DNA of 64,000 bases from Lama guanicoe (taxonomy: Eukaryota). The notes beneath the pieces were generated by a model. It was given only the letters and a program-made list of their open reading frames with translations. It made no database searches and was not told the DNA's origin. The stretch lies in the NCBI GenBank assembly GCA_013239625.1, contig MU053873.1, positions 3,424,524 to 3,488,523 on the forward strand, given 5' to 3'. The position numbers were made by a program, and so were the translations under genes. Shown here piece after piece: positions 1 through 13,610 of the stretch; within the stretch, counting starts at the first letter, position 1, and each line of letters starts with the position of its first letter.

Positions 1-339
1 TTCTCACCTGCTACATTCTCCTTAGGTAAACCTGCCCAGTTCCACAGTTTCAAACACCAATTAGATTCCAGTGACCAGGTCTGTATCCCCAGGACTCACT
101 TCTCTCCCAGAGCTCCAGATTCTAAATATTTAACCACCTATTGGGAATTTCCACATCCTCTCTATCCCAGTCAGCCATGCTCTTCCCTTAGTCTCCTTTA
201 TCACAAAAATGAGTAAAACCATCCTCCCAGCTGCTTAAGCCAAAAAGGGAAGAGTCATCATTGGTCCAGCTCTTTTGCTCATACTCCTGCCCCCACTACC
301 CACCACATCAAATTCATCAGCCAACATTCAAAATATATC

Positions 340-1590
340 ACAAACCCAGGCTCTGCTTCAGATAAGAGTGAACTAACCCCTAAGAGAACACTCCTCCTGA
401 GAAAACAACTATAAATTCTGGACATGCATAAAACCCAACTACACTGGCCCACGGGAGAGTGAGCAAAAGTACACAGATAATGGGGAAGGAGCATCAGACA
501 GAAATGTACAAGATACAATCTCATATTATTCTATGTATAAAAAAAAACAGGGAAATGTGGCCCTTTTGCAAGAAAACAGACCGTCAGTGAAGACCAATCC
601 AAGATGATTCAAATGTTGGAATTATCAGACAAGGATTTTAAAGCAGTCAATATAATAATATGCAAAAATGTATAGAAATTATACATGTAAAAAGTAAAAA
701 GATAAGAAATAGCAGCAGAAAAATAATAACTATGAAAAGAAACAAATGGAAACTTTATCTGAAGAAAAATTCAATTGCTGTACATAAAAACGACTAGAAA
801 TGCCAAAAGAAAGAGTCGATGAATTTGAAGACAGCTCCATTGAAATTACCTAATCTGAAGAACAGAAAGAAAAAATATTTGGGGAAAAACCCAAACAAGG
901 AATCAGTGATATCTAGGATACAATCCAAAGATCAAACATACATATAACAAGAGTTCTAGAAAAAGAAGGGGAAAAGAGACTGAGGTAGAAATCATGTTTC
1001 ACATGTCCCAAATTTTACCAGATTTCGTGAATGATATATACACTTACAGATTTAAGGACACCACAAAAGATAGTGACTAGTGAACCCCACAAAAGATAAA
1101 ACACAGTATCTGAAATTACTCCACTAAAATGCATGGAGTGTCAGAAATGAGCACGTTGGAGTCAGGGGGAAGCAAAAGACTTCTGTATCTGTCTAAAAGA
1201 AATACATTTCACATTAAAAAAAAAACAACACTGGTTGAAAGTAGATGGGCAAAGATGTGTCATGAAAACAGTAAGCATAAGGAGACTGAAATGGCTATAT
1301 TAATAACCAGCAAAGTCATTTTCAAGACAAAAAATAGTACCAGAAATAAAGAGGGACATTTCATACGAAAAGACAACAATCATAAATGTATATGCACCAA
1401 ATAATAGAGCTTCAAAACACATGAAAAAAGTGGACAATAAAAAGTAGACAATTTTGTAGTCAAGAATTAAGAGATTTTAACACCCTTCTCTCATTAATTG
1501 AAAGAACAACTACATATACAATCAGTAAAGACATAGCTAATCTATCACATCAACCGCTTAGATCTAACTGATATTTATAGAATATGCACC
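340..1590 (+). mobile_element. Old L1M-type LINE fragments (5' end / ORF1 / start of ORF2)
   Basis: A-rich sequence. Degenerate endonuclease-region peptide in ORF 1129-1404 (WAKMCHENSKHKETEMAILITSKVIFK...KEGHF). Confidence 0.75.
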
Positions 1591-1609
1591 TAACACCCCC
1601 ACTCCCGCT

Positions 1610-2130
1610 TTAAATCTACCATGGGCTTTAGAATAAAATCTAAATTTGTTACTCTGGTCCCTAAAACCCATCCCTCTCTTCAACCTGATCTTACCTCACA
1701 CCACTCTGCCTCTCTCACCCACCACAACCACACCCCACTGGGCTTCTGCCACTTCCTCAAACCGAGGAAGTTCTTTCTCACCACATTAGGGGCTTACCCT
1801 TAGCTGTAACTTCAGCCTAAAACATTTTCCCTCTCACCCTGTGCCCATCTTCAAGAGACAAGCCTTCCTGTCATACAAGTCTCAGTTCAAATGCTACCAA
1901 TCTAATGTGGTCACCAAGTCACAATACATCACATTGACTTCTGAGTCTGTTTTGAGTCACTGCATAGCAGTTCTTGTTTCCTGATATATTTTCTGTTTAC
2001 TTATTGGCTGTTTATTGTGTTTCAACAAAAACAGAAGCTCAAAGAAAGCACAGACTTTGCCCATTTTGTTCATCCAAACAATGCCTCCTGGCATTAGTGT
2101 TTGATAAATACTGGTTGAACGAGTGAAGAA
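1610..2130 (+). mobile_element. L2 LINE 3' fragment (another L2 piece at ~20-330)
   Basis: agaataaaatctaaa...tctcagttcaaatgctacc...aaatactggttgaacgagtgaa terminus. Confidence 0.6.
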
Positions 2131-2199
2131 AATTTTCTATAATAACTTTACCTCTGATCTTATATTTTCTGTTTTCCATGATTTGGGGGGGGGGTTATC

Positions 2200-2357
2200 T
2201 TTTTTCTTTTTCTCTTTCTTCTTCTTTGTCTTCTTCTTTTTCTTCTTTTTTTTTTGAAGTACAGTCAGTTTACAATGTTGTGTCAATTTCTGGTGTACAG
2301 CATAATGTTTCAGTCATACATATACATACATAGGTTCCTCTCCATATTCTTTTTCAT
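2200..2357 (-). mobile_element. Very short young L1 3' end
   Basis: tgaagtacagtcagtttacaatgttgtgtcaatttctggtgtacagc is the reverse complement of the 41560-41610 terminus. Confidence 0.8.
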
Positions 2358-2444
2358 CCATGATCTATTTTTAAATCTAGGTGTAATATAAATATTTTTA
2401 TAAGCTGCCTCTAAATCTAACTGGAACAAGGAAGTGTATAAGCC

Positions 2445-2670
2445 AACACACTAAGCAGTAAGTATGTCTCAGGTGCTGCTCTGGTGTGCTGCATACACAC
2501 ACAACAACCCTAAGAGACAGATGCTGCTACTGCCCTAATTTTTCACAGAGGAAACCCAGGCAGAGCAAAGCAAGACTGCTTGCCCAACTTTACACAGCTG
2601 GTAACTAGCGGAGTCCAAATCCAAACCCAGGCAGCCTGAATTTAGAGCTGGAACACCTTACCACTATGTT
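2445..2670 (-). mobile_element. MIR SINE
   Basis: acaacaaccctaagag...gaggaaacccaggcagag...ttgcccaactttacacagctggtaa...aaacccaggcagcctga. Confidence 0.7.
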
Positions 2671-4329
2671 ACAGTATATACCTAAGTGGCATTTTATATA
2701 TATTTTTAATTTAGAAAAGCAGTTGTCCATCTGGAATCTGATTTAAGACTCACAATTAGCCTGTGAGGGAGCAGGAGATGATTACTAACCTCATTTCATA
2801 CATGAGATAACGGAAGCTCAAATATGGAGTCCCCGAACTATGAGCTCAAGTACAGGATGGTGTCTCTGTTCACGCTTGTAAGCTCTGGGTCTGACACGAG
2901 GCAGATGCTTCAGGGTTTGCTCAATAACCAGCCCCCTATCCCATAGCAAGTGAGAGGTGCACAGCTACACCCAGATCCTAGCTAGGCCTTCTGTCGAGGA
3001 GTCACACAATGGTAAAAATACTGATCACACACACATGTAAGTAGCAAACATACAGTAAGTATTCCACGGGTTTTATAGACAACAGTGTAAGAACCAGAGA
3101 AATAAGCAATCAAGGAAGACTGGGGTAGCTATCAGACCAATTTTACTGGAGAATACAGAAATCAAGGTAGGTGTTCGACGAAGCTAGGCTTTTCACAAGC
3201 CGAGAAGGGGAAACAGTAGCCCGGGCTGGGGAAAGGATATAAATAAAGTAATAAAAAGAAGAATGTGCTTGGTGGGTGCAGGGAATGTTGTTTGGTGGAC
3301 GCTCTGTATAAGAAGGTAGGAAAAGGTAAAGAGGCAAAGGCAGGCAATCTTTAATGCAGAGACACATGAATGTCAAGATAAGCAATTAGGACATCAGACC
3401 ACAGGAAATGGGTAACCACTAAGAGTCTGGGGACACAAAAAAATGGAAATACAAAAATATTCATTTCAAGATCTCTTAAAAATAGAGTTTTCTAGGGGTT
3501 CAGGATCATAAAACCATATATTAAAGAAGCCACTAGACTGATGAAAGCCAGGAGTCAGAAGAATTACCGATAACTCCAATATTAGAGGATGTACTGACTT
3601 AGAGAACAGTATTTGAAGCCCCAAGGTGGATGGTATCATCAATTAAAGAGCATAGAGCAAGCCACTGAGAAACTCTGAAGCGTTATCCACCAAGGGGATA
3701 ATCTGACAGGCCAGATCCATCAGACCAGGCTGGGAGAGAGGTGAGAAGAGTGGGGAGCAAGCCAACAGAGGAACGCCAGTGTTGAAAGTTCAAATGGAAA
3801 CAAGTCAGCGGTAGTTGCCGCCATATTGGCAAGAAGTGCTTAAGGAATAACCAAGTATGTTGCCCATCTGTTTCATCGGCTCAAGGCGATTTCTCTGTGT
3901 TTGACAAAGCAGCGGAGTACATGCTGAAACTGGAGAGGTGAAACTTTTGAGAACACAAGAAAGAAAAAAAAATGTTTGACAGATCAAGCTGTGATTCTCA
4001 TCCAGATACAATGCCTGATTCAGACCGAAATAAGTAAGTTACTTCATGCTGAGTCAAATCTTCTTTAGCTTACTTTTTTCCACATGATGCTAAATGTACA
4101 TCATCATTTGATCACTCTTCTTGGAAATACATTAATATAATAAGAAATGTAGAAAAACATCAAGCTTTCATGTATATCAATAAATCAGGAAAAAAAGGAA
4201 TATCTCTCCAATTTTCAAATTTGTTCAAAGATTACTAATATTAGCCCTAATTATGCCATGCTTTCTTTGGACCATTTAAAATGCTTTGGGATAAAGATAC
4301 ATCATGCAAATAATGCTAGCATATGCCAT

Positions 4330-7300
4330 TTTTAAAATGTATTTTAATTAAAATGGTTTCTAATTTCTATTTTAATTTCCTCTTTGACCCATAAATCATT
4401 TAGAGGTTATTTGTTTCCAGGCAGCTAAGGACTCCTTATTAAATTTGAGTTTAAGTCTACTGTGCTCGGAGAACATGCTCTGAACAACTTCCATCTTGAA
4501 ACTTGGAGACATTTTCTTTAGGGTCCAGCACATGATCTATTTGGGAAAAGGTTCCATATGGACTTTAAAGAATGCAAATTCTATTTTTGCTGGGTGCAGC
4601 ATTCTATATGGCAATTAGGTCAAAGTTATTCATCACTTTATCATGATCTTCTGTATCCTTACTAATTCTTTGTCTGTTTGTTCTTCAGGTTCTTGAAGTA
4701 TGTGTGTGTCCCACTAGGGTTGTAGAATTATTTCATTTTGGACCTTCCTGCCAATTTCTGCTATATATATTTTGAAGTTATGTTATTTGTAACATACAGA
4801 TTCAAGGTGGTGATACTGAGTCCTCTATCATTATGAAATCATCTCTCTTTATCTCAACGTAGCATTACCATGTACTTTGGTATTAGCGTAGCTAAACCAG
4901 CTTTGCTTCTGTTAGTGTATATATTGTTTATCTTCTTCCATCCTTCTGTTTAAAGTATGTCACGTTTAAAAATTGCGAATCACTATATTGTACACTTGTA
5001 ACATACAATACTGGACAGAAACTCTATTTTAATAAAAAATAAAATATTTTAAAATAAATAAATAAAGTATGTCATTTATAAGCAGTGTATAATAGGGTTT
5101 CAGTCATTTATCCAGTCTGACAAACTCAGTCTTTCACTTGGAGTATTTAGTCCACTTACATGAAATGTAATTACTTATATAAATGGATTTATATTTGCCA
5201 TCTTGCTCCTTGCTTTCAATTTGACTTCCTATTTTATGCCCACCTTTTATTCTCTTTTTTTGGATTGATACAATGTTTTATTCCATATTCCCCCTCTTTT
5301 AACCTATTATATATACACATTTTATTACTTTAAAAGTTACCTTAGAGATTACAATATGCATCCCTTACAAGCCAAGACAAATTATTACTTTTACTATTCC
5401 AAATAATCCTAGAACCTTAAAATGTTTTAACTTCACTAACCCCTCTCCTGTGTTCTGTGCTGAGATATTTTAGCTTTACATCCATTTCAAACTCAAAAAA
5501 CATATTATAGTTTTGTATGGTCAACATTCTTGTATTCTGTATACATATCTACCCTTTATGATGTCTTTTTTCCCTTTCTACATTTCCATCTGGGGTAAGT
5601 TCCCTTCTGCTTAAAGTATCTCCCTTTAGTAGTCACTGTAATGCAGTTCCATTACCGACAAATTCCCTCAGCTTTTGTCTGAAAATGTCTTTATTTAACC
5701 TTCATTTTTGAAGGAAGTTTTTGCTGGGAAAAGAATTCTAGGTTGGCTTTTTTTTTTTCTTTCAATTATTCTTAAGATGGCCATTTCATTCTGTCTTTCT
5801 TTTTTCTTAATCATTTATTTTAAGATGTCACAGTCATGTTGGTAATATTATTGCCCCTTTAAAAGTAAGGTGTATTTTTCCAACATCTAGTTGCTTTTAA
5901 AATTGTTTCTTTGTCATCCGGTTTCTATAGTCCTTTATTGATGTGTAAAGATATGTTTCCTTTGTACTCATCCTGTTTGGGATGTTGTAAGATTTTTTTG
6001 AATCTGCAAGCTGCTGTCTTTCATCATTTTATAAAATTCTTAGTATTATATCCTCAAATATCGCTTCTGTCCCGTTCTCTCTCTTCTCTTTCTGGGACTC
6101 CAATTCTACACGTTTTAGACCTCTTAACCATATCTCACATGTCTCTAATGCCCTTATTTCTTTTTAATATTCTTTTTTCTCTGTAATTCAGTTTGAGATT
6201 ATCTACTGACCTGCCTCCCTGTTTATCAATCCTGTCTCGCATTGTGATAATCTGCTATTGGTTCTAGCCATTAGGTTCTAATTTAAAATACTGTACTTTA
6301 TGTTCTAGAATATCTATTTGGTTTTCCACAATAAATTCAAATTCTGGTAAAACTCTCCATTCCTCCATCTAATTATTTTGTCCATCTTTTCCTCTATCAT
6401 CCTGAACATGTTATTTATAGTTATTTTTAAGTATTTGTCAACTAACTCTAATATCTGATTCATCTGTGGGTCTGCTTCGATTGCCTTGTTTATAAGTCAT
6501 ATGATCTTGCTTCTTGGGTCTCAAATCATTTTTTACTATATGATGAACACTGTAGAGTCTCTATATATTGTTATTTTCTGCCTGCAAAAGAGACAGAGGG
6601 CTCCCCCTGTTCTCTGCTACACAGGTGGAGGGGAGTTCATCACTCAACAGGGGGCTGAGCTGGGCTAGTCTGGGTTGCCATTTCTGTAGGACTCAGTTTG
6701 CCTCTGGTTTGCCCCTGTTCCTAAGGCCTGGCTCTCTATGGAGTCCAATGAGAGATCTTTGTCTCCGCAGTACTGGATTCAGTTCTGCCCTTAGGACGTT
6801 TTCAGAATAGTTCTTTGGCCCTCGTCCCATTCAGCTTCAAAACTTGGCACGTGTCTTGAGAAGGAGACTAAATCAACTAATTTGTTTAATGTGTTCTTCA
6901 CTCCAGACTCAGAAACCTCTTCTGGTTTTTCTATCCGCTAGGAACAGCGCTCTGTAGGGGCCAAACCTGGATTCTTACCTGCCCACTCCGCCTGGAATCA
7001 ACAGTTGCCCCAGTTGTTACTGATCTTCAGTATCAATAGACCCCTCCCTAGGGGTTTCATCTCTTGTCTGTTCCGTTTTCAGACTCCTGCTACAGTAGGA
7101 CTATATTTCAATATCATTTAATACCATAAGGCTGGGTGAGATTTCAATGTGTCTTCCAGAAGCTTTCAGCCTGTCTCTTCAGATTCCCCTCCAAATGGCT
7201 TGATGGGAAAACCAGCTGCGTGTTTGAGGCCTCCCTCTCCCACCAAGTCTCCAATGTGTCACTCCCGCAATGCGTGCCCATAAAACTCTGCTAGTTTCTC

Positions 7301-7480
7301 CTTCACCCAGTAGCAGCCCTCTGCCTCAGCTTACGTCTCCAGCATCCACAAGCTTCCGCAGAAAATGAACTGGCTGGTAATGCTCAGTGCATCTCTGAAT
7401 TACTCTCCTTCCTCTGAAATGTCATCCCTATTCCTCACTAACTCCAGAACACTACAGAGCCTTAAAAATACGATTTTCAT
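4330..7480 (-). mobile_element. Old L1M-type LINE (5'UTR/ORF1/ORF2 start), fragmented
   Basis: T-rich + strand with typical antisense L1 ORF1/ORF2 motifs, e.g. ttttgctggg...aattctaggttgg and tctgggactccaatt. Confidence 0.7.
4963..5062 (+). mobile_element. Short L1 3'-end insertion with 12-bp TSD inside the older L1
   Basis: gaatcactatattgtacacttgtaac...aataaaaaataaaat. taaagtatgtca is duplicated at 4951-4962 and 5063-5074. Confidence 0.7.
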
Positions 7481-7644
7481 AGTTGTTGTCAGCATCTCTA
7501 ATAAATTACATATTATATCTTGAACTACTAATTACTTTCAATAAATTTGTAAATATTTATAAGATATTTAGTAGTCTTAATATTTCCAAAAGTACAGTTT
7601 AACCATGCTTTTGAAATAAAAGCATTGATAAAACAGTTACTTCT

Positions 7645-7830
7645 GGGGAGGGGGAGGGTATATAGCTCAGTGGTAGAGTGCGTGCTTAGCATGTACAAGG
7701 TCCTGGGTTCAATCCCCAGCATCTCCATTAAAAAATATATCAATAAATAAAATTCAGTTACCTCCCCCACAAAAAATTCCAAACAAACAAGAAAAACAAA
7801 ACAAAACAAAACAGCTAAAATTAAAAAACC
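7645..7830 (+). mobile_element. tRNA-derived SINE (camelid Vic-1-like) with 11-bp TSD
   Basis: A box tagctcagtgg, B box ggttcaatccc, A-rich tail. TSD cagttacttct at 7634-7644 and 7831-7841. Confidence 0.9.
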
Positions 7831-7844
7831 CAGTTACTTCTTAC

Positions 7845-7918
7845 CTCTTCATAAAACTTCACCTGAGGTACAGCTTCATTAATTTCATTCAAACAAAAAT
7901 CTTTAAATAGCAAGAAAC
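7845..7918 (-). CDS. GRK3: GRK3 coding exon 3 (74 nt), RH/RGS-homology domain
   Basis: Acceptor ttctttctcttcag| and donor GAG|gtaaga. Reads (G)[24 protein letters not shown]. Exons 1-3 sum to 264 nt, or 88 codons. Confidence 0.97.
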
Positions 7919-10900
7919 CTGAAGAGAAAGAATAAAAATTTCAGGGTGGGTAATAAGGGGAAATTTTATCCACAGAGTGTTTTTGAATTAATGTGTTTCA
8001 ACCTCTTCCTCCCCTACCTTAAAATCTAAAAAACAAAAACACAAAACAAAACAAAAAAAACCTGAAGAGGCTACTTAATGCCGAAGAGGAAATAATCCAG
8101 GTAAAGTAAGCAGTATCACAAGCTTGGCTCCGCGCACTGGGGCTCCTCCTCTACTGACAGCCTCCCCTGCCGCTTTTCAAAAGTGCACAATTAACAGTGC
8201 TCGTGGTCACCACCATTTAGTGCCACTGGTCACTATAGTGAACAGAAGATTAACCAAAGAAATCAGAGCTACAGGTAGTACAGAAGTATTGGTAAGAGTC
8301 ACCATGGAGCTAATAAATACTGTGCCCATAGAAACGGAACTAAACTCCTTTAAAAAAACAAAAAACAAAAAACAAAAAACAGGACTTCAAAGACCTTTCC
8401 AGGTTTTTCTCCCACCACTGATTACCTGAAGGTCCCCGCCAGGTCCCCACCAAACACCTCATGCCAGAGCAGATCACCCATTCCCAGATCACTCTTTTCT
8501 CCTTCACAACTCCAGGCTCCATCTTTAAGCAACCAGTATCTCATGCCTGGGGTACCACCCCCACTGCACAGTGCGAGGTACACGGTGGGAGGCCAGTAAA
8601 TATTTGTTGAAGGAATGTTTGTCGACGTGGCCCTTCCACCATGCCTCTGCCAAAGTACCTAGCACACCCTAGCTAATGATCTGATTTACAAGTCTCCCAC
8701 CCCAGTACCAAACCCAGGGCCCAGTTTAATGTCTCACACCTAGTCAAGCCTCCATGAATGAGTGACGTTGAACAGGACAAGCTGATACCAGGCTGAGAGC
8801 AGAGGTACTGGAAGATTATAAAAAGTCAAAACAATTAAAAGGTCAAAAAAGTTCAAGGACTGTAAGAAGAAACCAAAGTCACAGGGAAAAAAAAAATTGA
8901 AGACCCTCCCCACAAAAGGCTACAATCTTAAGAGAAGGTAGACCAGCACTCCCCAGGTAGGACAGAGATCATGGAAGAGGTTCTGACAAGATTGTGATTC
9001 AAGTTAACAGAAGAATCACATAACTTGAGGTTGTTACTGCTCCATAAATTCCCTGCCATGGTTCCAGGAACATGACCTTTGAAAATGGTCAATGTTTGTT
9101 CACTGGAACTAGAAGAAAAGAACTTGGGTCACGTGGTTACATAGGAGAGGCCACACTAACAAGGGTTGGCTGCAGACCTCCAGCAGGAGCACGGCCATGC
9201 TCATCAAGGTCCTGCCATGAGGCCGATGTAGGAAGAAGGGAGTTCAAGACGCAGACAAGGAAGAAGTGAAGATGTGAATCCCCAACTATTTGCATATTAC
9301 TCTTTTTATTTTAAGTAAGATAAAGTTGCCTTTTTGTTCTCATTTCAAAGTAATTTTGAATTTCTCTTGTCATTTCTTCTGTGCCTGGTGAGTCTTTCAG
9401 AAACATGTCGTTTCATTTCCAGTTTTTTTTCCAGATATTTGTTACTGACTTCTACTGAATTCTGTTGTGGTCAGAGAACATATTCAGGAGGATTCCAATG
9501 CTTTTAAAGTTATTGAAACTTGGCTTTGGCCCCACATTTGGTCCATCTAGGTGAATGTCTCATGGGTACTCAGAAAAGAAATACACAGGGTAGAGTGTTT
9601 CATTCAACACAGTAAAAAGGCAATTAAGCCAAGTTAATTAATACGGTTGTCCAGGTCCTCTTAATCCTTACTGAATGTCTGTCTATTTACTCTACCCTTT
9701 GCTGAGGGAAGGCTGTTGAAATCTCCATTTGTAAACTGGAGGGGAGGGGAAAGAAAGGAGGAGGAGGACGGAGAAAGGGAGCTGAGTGAATAAGCATCCA
9801 GCTTAATATGTTTTTACCAACTTCTTTAATGCAATTTCCATCATCAGTGTGTAACATAAGCCAAATAATTATTTTAACATCATACCCAGAGGGAAAGAAA
9901 AAACACAGGATTTTCCTCATATCTCTATATAAACTGAAGCATTACTTTCTATCACAGGAGCTGTTAAAATGGAGCAGCAAGAAGAAAGATATTTTGCCTT
10001 TTGGATAAATCCTAGATCATTGTGTTCCAGGCTGAAAGCAATTTACCTTCATTGGGCTTAAATTACATAAAAAAACAAATGAAGCATTATTCAGATTAGA
10101 ACAAAAGCTAAAGGGCAAAAATAAGGAAATGATTTGCCTCACAAGTTTACTTCATAGGGGCAATTTCTCCAGATTTCAAAGAATAAAAAATAGTGACCCA
10201 ACACCTGCTTAACTAGATGGCTGTGGAACGTGTTTACCGTGTTTCTGTATGTGAACCACTGCAAACTGCCTGAATACTGATTAACTTTCAAATGCATATA
10301 ACACCCAGGAAAGGCCAACTATCCCAATATGCCACCACAATATTCTGCAAAAGTTAGCAGGAAGAATTGTATTGCCTTTTATAAAATATCAATGAGAACT
10401 CTTTATAACATATAAATATACATTTTATGTTATTTTTTATAAAATATCAATTAAGAAGTTTTGAAGGCATTAAATATAAGTGATTTCTGTAAGAAACTGA
10501 TACTTAACCTCCTAAAAAATTAAAAGGAGGGAAAGAGAAATAGGAAAATACCTTGTAAGAAATAATACTGTCCTAGATTTTATGAAGGCGATTCAAATAC
10601 TGGGAAGGAGGACCGACTGCATAACTGCTAAAAGCTCCTACCAATATTTGCTGATTTGACAAAGCACTTACTGAGTGTCTTCTAAGAGCCACTGTGCTAT
10701 ACGTTGGGGATGCAATGGTGAAGACAGAGTTTTTCCCATAAAAGGCTTACGGGCTGGTGTAAGAAGTAGACAATAAAGCAGAAAACAAATGAAACAATTG
10801 TAATTTATGGTAAATGGTATAAAGGAATTAAACGTGATGCTGAGCTCAATGTTAAAACAGAATGTCAGTAAGACCTCTCTGAGCTGTGGGATGAACAAAA

Positions 10901-10919
10901 TACAAAGCACTTTAGATTA

Positions 10920-13610
10920 GAAAAGACCAGAATGCCTAATCTCACACCTTCTAGTCATTATTGTATTAGAGGTCTTAGCCAGTGTGATAAGAACAGGAAA
11001 TAAAAGTTATTCAAATTGGAAAGGAAGAATTAAAACTAATCCTATTCATAAACAACCTGGTTAACTATATGGCAAATCCTATCTACAAAGTAACTACTAA
11101 AATATGTAAGAATTTAGCAAAGCCCTAAAATACAAGGTCACTAGATAAGAATCAGTGACAGATTTGCTCACATCACACAATTTTGAAATGATTTTGAAAC
11201 AAGTCCATTTGCAATAACATCACAAAACAATCAATACTTAGGAATACATAAATAAGAGATCTGCAAGGCTACTGTGTGGAAAACCACAAAATACTACTGA
11301 GAGATATTAAAGAGGATCTAAGTAAGTGGAAAGATACAGTCAGTTCATGGATTGGAAGACTCAGTGTCGCTTAAATGTTAATCCTCTCCAAACTGATCTA
11401 TAGAGTCAATGCAATCCCAGTCATAATCCCCATAGGGTTTTTAAAGAAACTGACAAGCTGCTTATAAAATGCATATGGAAATGCAAAACAACAACAATAA
11501 CAACAACAACTTTAGAATCCCCAAAACATCTTGAGAAAGAAGCAAAAAGTTCAAGGACTTATATTGCTTAATTTCAAGACTCAGCATGCAGACGTGGTAA
11601 TCAACACAGTGTGCTACTGGCATAATGAATCAATGGAACAGAATAGAGGATGCAGAAATACACTCACACTTATACGTGGTAAACTTACTTTCCACAAAGA
11701 TGCCAAAACAATTTATTGGGAAAAGAAAGTCTTTTTCAACAAATGGTGCTAGAAACACTTATATCCAAGTGGGGAAAAGGAAGGAAGGAAGGAAGGTAGG
11801 AAGACAGGCAGGCAGGCAGGCAGGAATAAGGAAGACAATCCTTACCTCACAACTTTCAAATAATTACAATTGATCACAGAACTAAATGTAAAAGCTAAAA
11901 TTATAAAGCTTCTGGAAAACGTGTAGACTATCTTTACAGGAAATATTTATGCAGAAGATTTCTTAGGCAGGATACAGAAAGAAATGGTAAACTATCAAAA
12001 TTTAGAACTTATGCTCATTAAAAGACATTAAGAAAAGCCACAGACTGAGATAAAATATTACAAAACTTAAATCGGAAGAGGGCCTATATCCAGTTTATGT
12101 ATACATTAAAAAAATACAAACTCTTACAATTCAATTTTTAAAAGGAAACAATCCAATAAAAGAACAGGCAAAGAAAATGAACTCTTCAGAAAGAAAGAGA
12201 GATGAATTGCCAACCACACGGTTCATGGGTGTGTCATCATGCAAACAGAAATTAAATCTTTGAGATATCACTTCACAACCACTAGAATGGCAGTTAAGAA
12301 GACTGGCAATATCAAATTTCGGCAACCAAAAGTCTCATTTGCTGAAAAGCATATACAATGTTTTAGACTCCTCGTGCCTCTGGATCACAGGCAGAGAAGG
12401 GAGTTACTGTGCTGGCTGGGACGATGGATCCTGATTACCAAGGGAAACTGGGCTGCGATTCCACAGGGGAGGGAAGGGGAAGGAGGGAGAGCTCTTCCTT
12501 ATCACCAGATGCCACCCAAAAACTATAAAAGGAACGATGGAGTCAGAATTAGTTACCAAAACTAGTGGACAAAAGGTTTGATGAGGAACAAAATACTTAC
12601 ATAGCCTCAAAAGCAATTTCCCACAAATTGCTTATTACTCGCAAAGGGAAAGCAAAGACAAGTCACAGATTTGGAGGGAATATTTGCAAAATACATATCT
12701 GATAGAGAGCTTGCGTCCAAAGTATATACAGAACTCTCAAAGTCAGTAATACGAACGTAAACAACCCAGTATTTTCACCAGTTGAGCAGAAGAGTTGAAT
12801 AGTTTCACTGAAGATGACAAATAAATGTCAAGTAAGCCCATGAAAAGGTGTCCAACATCATTACTCGTTAGGAAAATGCAAATTCAAACCACGAGGTATC
12901 ACTATATACCTCTTAGAAAAGTAAAACAAAAAAAAGACAACACCATTGCTGGTATTGCTGGTGAGGAGAGGATGTGGTGTCACTGGAATTCTCATAGGCT
13001 GTTGTAGGAAGGCGACCTGCACAGCCTCTCTGCAAAACATTTCCTTGAAGTTAAATATCCGTTTGCTATTCAACCAAACAATCCTACACTTAGGTGTTTA
13101 CCCAAGAGGAATGAAAATGTATGTTACGCTCGCACAAAATTCTGAACACAAATATTTATGGTAGCTTTATATATAATATTGAAAAACTGGGTATAACCCA
13201 AATGTTCATCAATGGATGACTGGATAATCTGTGATTTATTCATACAATGGGACACTACTCAGCAAGACAAAGGAATGAACTACTGATACACACACCCTAA
13301 GTGACTCTCCAATGCACCGTGCTAGTGAAAGAAACCAGACCCGAAGGCTCCATAATCCATGAGTCCACTTGGGTGTCATTCTGGGAAAGGAGAAACCACA
13401 GGCACAGATCCGTGGCTGCCGGGGGCTGGGCTGGGCTGGGCTGCGGGGAGACTATAAGGACACTGGGACATTGGGAAGCTGATGAACTATTCTGTATCTT
13501 GACTTTGGTCGCAGTTACACAACTTTGTGCATTTTTTCGAAACTCATAGCATTGTACATTCTAGATGGTGAGTTTTACTCTACTTAAATTATACCTCAAT
13601 AAACCTGACT
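10920..13610 (+). mobile_element. Composite of old L1 ORF2 3' half and 3'UTR fragments (L1MC/L1ME-type)
   Basis: Canonical ORF2 motifs (catggattggaagactca; ttcaacaaatggtgct). Ends at tatacctcaataaa. Confidence 0.85.
11778..11826 (+). repeat. (GGAA)n/(GGCA)n tetranucleotide tract inside L1
   Basis: aggaaggaaggaaggaaggtaggaagacaggcaggcaggcaggcagg. Confidence 0.85.

Noticed and set aside
7655..7725. tRNA(Ala)-like gene (also at 29645, 36828, 37870, 52225)
   Set aside because: These are diverged copies with A-rich tails and, in some cases, TSDs, and they have no intact acceptor stem. They are SINE heads, not tRNA genes.
1..7840. GRK3 exon 4 (expected IKEYEKL...)
   Set aside because: Not found. 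Intron 3 continues beyond the start of the window.
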